Below are positions 59,969 through 64,000 of a stretch of 64,000 bases of DNA, in pieces. The translations under genes were made by a program, and so were the position numbers. The DNA is taken from contig CAZESS010000001.1 in the NCBI GenBank assembly GCA_964514975.1, forward strand, positions 3,736 to 67,735, in the 5' to 3' direction. The notes beneath the pieces were generated by a model that did no database searches, had not been told where the DNA came from, and worked only from the letters and a program-made list of their open reading frames with translations. This DNA is from an uncultured Thermoplasmatales archaeon (GTDB lineage Archaea > Thermoplasmatota > E2 > UBA202 > DSCA01). Positions within the stretch are counted from its first letter, which is position 1. Each line of letters starts with the position of its first letter.

Positions 59969-60962
59969 ACCGCTCACCGAGCCACACGAGCGCACCTGGA
60001 ACGACCTCCGGCACAGCAGCGTCGCCATCGACGCATACAACGCGCTCCACCAGTTTCTCTCCATCATCCGGCAGCGTGACGGCACCCCGCTCAAGGATGC
60101 CAAGGGCCGCATTACCTCGCATCTCACCGGATTGTTCTACCGGACTGCCAACCTGATAGAACGGGACATCCGGCCCGTCTATGTCTTCGACGGCGAACCC
60201 CACGAGCTCAAACAGGACACCCTGGACATCCGGCGGGCCCGCAAGGAACAGGCCAAACAGGACTGGCAGGCAGCAAAACAGCGAGGCGACCTCGAAGAAG
60301 CCAAAAAAAAGGCGCAGCAGACCTCGACGCTCACCTGGGACCGGGTCGAGGAAGCACAGCAACTGCTCCAGGCGCTCGGCATCCCCTACATCGAGGCACC
60401 AGGCGAGGGCGAAGCGCAGGCATCATACATGTGCAGCCGGGGCGACGTCGACTATGCAGGGTCGCAGGACTTCGACTGCCTGCTGTTCGGCGCCCCACAA
60501 TTGTTGCGCAATCTCACCATCTCCGGGCGGCGGAAGCTCCCAGGCAAACAAAAATGGGTGCAGATATCCCCGGAAACCATCACGCTTAAAGAGCTGCTCG
60601 AAGCACACGACATCACCCGGGAGCAGCTCGTCGATATCGCCATCCTCATGGGCACCGACTTCAACGACGGCATCAAGGGCATTGGCCCCAAGACCGGGCT
60701 CAAGCTGGTCAAAAAACACGGCGACATCGAATCCATCGACCGGGACATCACCATCGACCACCTCGACGACATCCGCAGCATCTTCCTGCACCCCCGGACC
60801 ACGGACGACTACCACGTCGAATGGCAGCCCGTCGACGAGGACGCAACCAGGGCATATCTCTGTGGGGAGCACCAGTTCAGCCGGCAGCGCGTGGACAGCA
60901 CCCTCGACAAGTTCCAGGGCTTCGCCGAATCGCTCGACCAGAAAAACCTGCTCGACTTTTAA
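59952..60962 (+). CDS. fen: Flap endonuclease 1
   Basis: IDAYNALHQFL, VFDG, EGEAQA, SQDFD, GTDFN.GIKGIGPK, and PIP-like QKNLLDF. Confidence 0.97.
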   Translation: MGVNLKPLTEPHERTWNDLRHSSVAIDAYNALHQFLSIIRQRDGTPLKDAKGRITSHLTGLFYRTANLIERDIRPVYVFDGEPHELKQDTLDIRRARKEQAKQDWQAAKQRGDLEEAKKKAQQTSTLTWDRVEEAQQLLQALGIPYIEAPGEGEAQASYMCSRGDVDYAGSQDFDCLLFGAPQLLRNLTISGRRKLPGKQKWVQISPETITLKELLEAHDITREQLVDIAILMGTDFNDGIKGIGPKTGLKLVKKHGDIESIDRDITIDHLDDIRSIFLHPRTTDDYHVEWQPVDEDATRAYLCGEHQFSRQRVDSTLDKFQGFAESLDQKNLLDF

Positions 60963-61067
60963 AACACAAAAAAAAAACACAAATACCGTTTTTAGAGGAG
61001 TTTTTAATATATATTAATATTCGAAGTATTTATATATACTGTAGCAACTTTGCGAGTGCGTGGAAAC

Positions 61068-64000
61068 ATGAAAGAAAAAATTGTAACCCTACTAACGGTA
61101 AGCTTGCTGATACTCGCTGGTCTGTCTTCACTGGCAGGCGGCCAATCAGCCGCGGACAGCACAGCGCCTGTAGAAGGCGCATCGGTCAATCTAGCTTGGA
61201 CTGATGGCACATACACTGACGGGAACTCTACCTCCACTAACGCTACCGGCTACTATGAAATGAATGTGGCAGAGGGAACCGTAAATATCACGGTGGAACA
61301 TTCAGACACACAGGAGAACGAAACCCTGAATGTCAAAAATTTCACGGGTAACTTCACCGTCGCTGACTGTCCATCCACATACTGGAAAAACATAACGTTG
61401 CCCGCCTTTCCGCAGGACAACGCCACCCTCGTCGGGACCGTCTACGACAATAGCACCGGCGACCCCGTCGAGGCCGATATTAGCATATCATTCACCGGCA
61501 GCTACTTTACCGGCAGCAACAGCACGACCTGCGCCACCGATGGATCCTACAGCATAGATCTTCCTCCATCGGAAGTGACGGTCACCGCCGATGCGACGGG
61601 ATACTATTCAGCGTCCAATACGACTACTATCGGCGAGGAGACGAAAACCCTTAACGTCTATTTGGAACCGGAGCCACCTGAAACAGCCACGGTCAAAGGA
61701 TACGTTACCAACAGCGACAACGGCACAGGCATAGAGAACATGTTTTTGTATTTCTCTAGTCTAAACTCCAGCTATTCCAACTACACGTATAGTAATGCAG
61801 ACGGATACTACGAATGCGACCTTGCTGCAGAAAACTTCAGCATTTCTCCATATCCGGATGAATATTTCTCGAACTCCACTATGTTTGAGCTAAACGACAG
61901 CGAGGTTAAATGGGTTAACATGTCCTTTATTCCGACTCCGCCGGACAACGCCTGGGTGGAAGGACATGTGTATGATAATGCAACCGGTTCACCGCTTGCC
62001 AATGCAGGTGTCTCTGTTTCCGGCTCTTCTCGCCTCGATTTCTATAATTACAGCCACTATTTCAACAACGGAACTATGACTAACAGCAGCGGCTATTACA
62101 ATGTTTCAATCCCGGCTGTCGAAGCAGTTGAACTCTATACTTATTATAAAAATAAAACAGAAATATATTCCATATATGCATATAAAGCCGACTACTTTGA
62201 CAATAGCAGCAGTGGGGACATCATCGAGCCGGGCGGTGTCATGGTCAGAGACATCAATCTGACGGCCAAGCCACCAGAAAACTGCATCGTGAAAGGGTAT
62301 ATCAACCAGAGTGGAGCCCCATCTGGCAATACGCCGCCGTCGGCGTCGTTCACGATTGAGCCGGGTAGTATTTCGACGGGTGAGACGGTTTATTTCAATA
62401 GCACCTCGACGGATAGTGACGGCAGCATCGCGAGCTGGAGCTGGGAGTTCGGCGATGGCTCCACTGCGACGGGTGCGGAGGTGACGCATAGCTACAGCGA
62501 TGATGGCAGCTACACGGTGAATCTGACGGTTGCGGATGATGACGGCGCCAGCGACACTGCCAGTGAGACGGTGACTGTGGGTGCTGATATCTATGTCGAT
62601 GACGATGCTCCTGATAGCTGGTATGACGCCACTCATGTCCACACCATTCAGGAAGGAGTAGATAATGCAACAGCTGGCGATACCATATTAACAGAACCAG
62701 GAGAATATGAGGAAAATATTGATATTTATAGATCAAATATCACGCTCAGGTCAAGCGAGAGTCATGAAGCAGTTATCAATGGCTCGGTAGAGATAACAGC
62801 AGATGGAGTAACCGTTGAAGGTATGAATATAACCAACGCTGATTATTATGAACTCCCTCAGAATTCTGGTACAGTTGGTATTTATGTAAACCAATCAGAG
62901 GATGGCTTTGAGGTTGACTTACGGGACAATAGAATCGCCGGAGCAGATTATGGAATCTATATAAGGGATAAAAACGAGGGGCATGGTGGTTTGGCAACCA
63001 TAGAAGGGAATGACATCACAGATATCGAAGAACACGCTATCTTCTTCCACGCTCATGGAACCTATACAGTTGAACACGTTACCGTAACCAACAACACCAT
63101 TACAGACAGCGTTAAAGGCATAAAGATATACGCATGTGATCAATCCATAATAGAGACTGTAACCGTAGAAAACAATACTTTCAAAGAAGAAAAATCCGAT
63201 AAGGGTCATGCCATCCGTGTACATGCCGGAGGCGGCTGGGAAGCAGATGAATACGGGGGCCGTATAGATGCGGTGACAATTGATAATAACATCGTTATCG
63301 GAGAAATAGACAGTGACCAAGGACATGGAATCCGGGTTCACTCAGGTTATTTGAGTCGTGGCATCGGCAGCGTTGATATAACTGACAACGTGGTTGAATA
63401 CCCTGGAGAGCAGGGAATCAGAGTGCAGTTGCATGGAAACTCTACAGAGGAAGGAGTAACCATCACAGACAACGAAGTAACAGGAAATGACTTTACAAAG
63501 AAGGGCATTCGAGTAGATACTGCCTCTTCTGAGCCTGGTCATATTATTACATTGAAGGATGTAGTTGTTGAGAACAACCTTGTCACCGAAATCGATGGTA
63601 GCGACAAGAACGTTATAGGAATTCGTGTCAAGGCAGGAGGATACGATGACGCTACTCATATTGAAAATGTTAGCGTAATAGGAAACGAGGTTACTGATGG
63701 TGCCGGAGAAGGAATCCGCGTCCAAACAGGAGGAATAGACGAAAACATAAGCACCATGGGGACAGTAATCGTAGAAAACAACACTGTAACCGATAATGAA
63801 GAACGAGGAATCCGTGTCCACGCAGGGGCAGGAAATTATTCGAAATCTTCTCATCCGGACAGTTATCCCACTGGATCTAGTATTGATACGGCAATTGTTG
63901 AAGGTAATATTGTCATTGATAATGGTGTTATCGGAGTTCGGGTCAGTGCAGGTAATAACTCCATTGTTAGCACGGCAACTATCGAAGACAACTACGTCGA
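61068..64000 (+). CDS. Large secreted glycoprotein: four carboxypeptidase-regulatory-like repeats, PKD, right-handed beta-helix (partial, runs off right edge)
   Basis: Not in ORF track; the frame is open from ATG 61068 to the window end. MKEKIVTLLTVSLLILAGLSSLA signal; TNATGYY-type repeats; WSWEFGDG; IQEGVDNA followed by GIRV...V..N coils; many NxS/T sequons. Confidence 0.88.
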   Translation, partial: MKEKIVTLLTVSLLILAGLSSLAGGQSAADSTAPVEGASVNLAWTDGTYTDGNSTSTNATGYYEMNVAEGTVNITVEHSDTQENETLNVKNFTGNFTVADCPSTYWKNITLPAFPQDNATLVGTVYDNSTGDPVEADISISFTGSYFTGSNSTTCATDGSYSIDLPPSEVTVTADATGYYSASNTTTIGEETKTLNVYLEPEPPETATVKGYVTNSDNGTGIENMFLYFSSLNSSYSNYTYSNADGYYECDLAAENFSISPYPDEYFSNSTMFELNDSEVKWVNMSFIPTPPDNAWVEGHVYDNATGSPLANAGVSVSGSSRLDFYNYSHYFNNGTMTNSSGYYNVSIPAVEAVELYTYYKNKTEIYSIYAYKADYFDNSSSGDIIEPGGVMVRDINLTAKPPENCIVKGYINQSGAPSGNTPPSASFTIEPGSISTGETVYFNSTSTDSDGSIASWSWEFGDGSTATGAEVTHSYSDDGSYTVNLTVADDDGASDTASETVTVGADIYVDDDAPDSWYDATHVHTIQEGVDNATAGDTILTEPGEYEENIDIYRSNITLRSSESHEAVINGSVEITADGVTVEGMNITNADYYELPQNSGTVGIYVNQSEDGFEVDLRDNRIAGADYGIYIRDKNEGHGGLATIEGNDITDIEEHAIFFHAHGTYTVEHVTVTNNTITDSVKGIKIYACDQSIIETVTVENNTFKEEKSDKGHAIRVHAGGGWEADEYGGRIDAVTIDNNIVIGEIDSDQGHGIRVHSGYLSRGIGSVDITDNVVEYPGEQGIRVQLHGNSTEEGVTITDNEVTGNDFTKKGIRVDTASSEPGHIITLKDVVVENNLVTEIDGSDKNVIGIRVKAGGYDDATHIENVSVIGNEVTDGAGEGIRVQTGGIDENISTMGTVIVENNTVTDNEERGIRVHAGAGNYSKSSHPDSYPTGSSIDTAIVEGNIVIDNGVIGVRVSAGNNSIVSTATIEDNYV

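Noticed and set aside
27368-60980. Many long antisense or alternate-frame ORFs (e.g. 27368-28627, 32161-33210, 55470-56738) and N-terminal extensions such as 38310-39173 and 57963-58868
   Set aside because: These are shadows of real genes in GC-rich DNA with few stop codons. They have no motifs and overlap confident CDSs.

Overview
This is an archaeal chromosome segment. PolD large subunit, EF-1alpha, aeRF1, Fen1 and PGF-CTERM-type surface proteins establish the domain, and gene content is consistent with Thermoplasmatota (inference). Five things stand out. (1) A ~20.9 kb, visibly AT-richer island (4072-24994) is bounded by a 32-bp direct repeat of the 3' end of tRNA-Ser(UGA). It carries a tyrosine integrase with an altered catalytic Arg motif, and its cargo is almost entirely secreted or membrane proteins (2132-aa transglutaminase-domain protein, PKD proteins, C25 gingipain-like protease, three tetraspan proteins). 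(2) After tuf-rpsJ comes a signalling/appendage locus: a complete histidine kinase, a REC-wHTH regulator, a TasA/CalY-like secreted protein, a second secreted protein, and a SipW-type signal peptidase fused to a subunit-like domain. (3) Three sensor proteins around polC end in a HisKA/DHp helix pair and have no ATPase domain. (4) A type IV pilus-like ATPase plus two TadC genes are co-oriented with roadblock, KaiC-small GTPase fusion and KaiC-like genes. (5) A LuxE-like ligase is paired with a transglutaminase-fold protein whose His/Asp catalytic positions appear swapped. The remainder is housekeeping genes, plus large surface proteins truncated at both window edges. All family calls are from motif reading by eye, not database searches.
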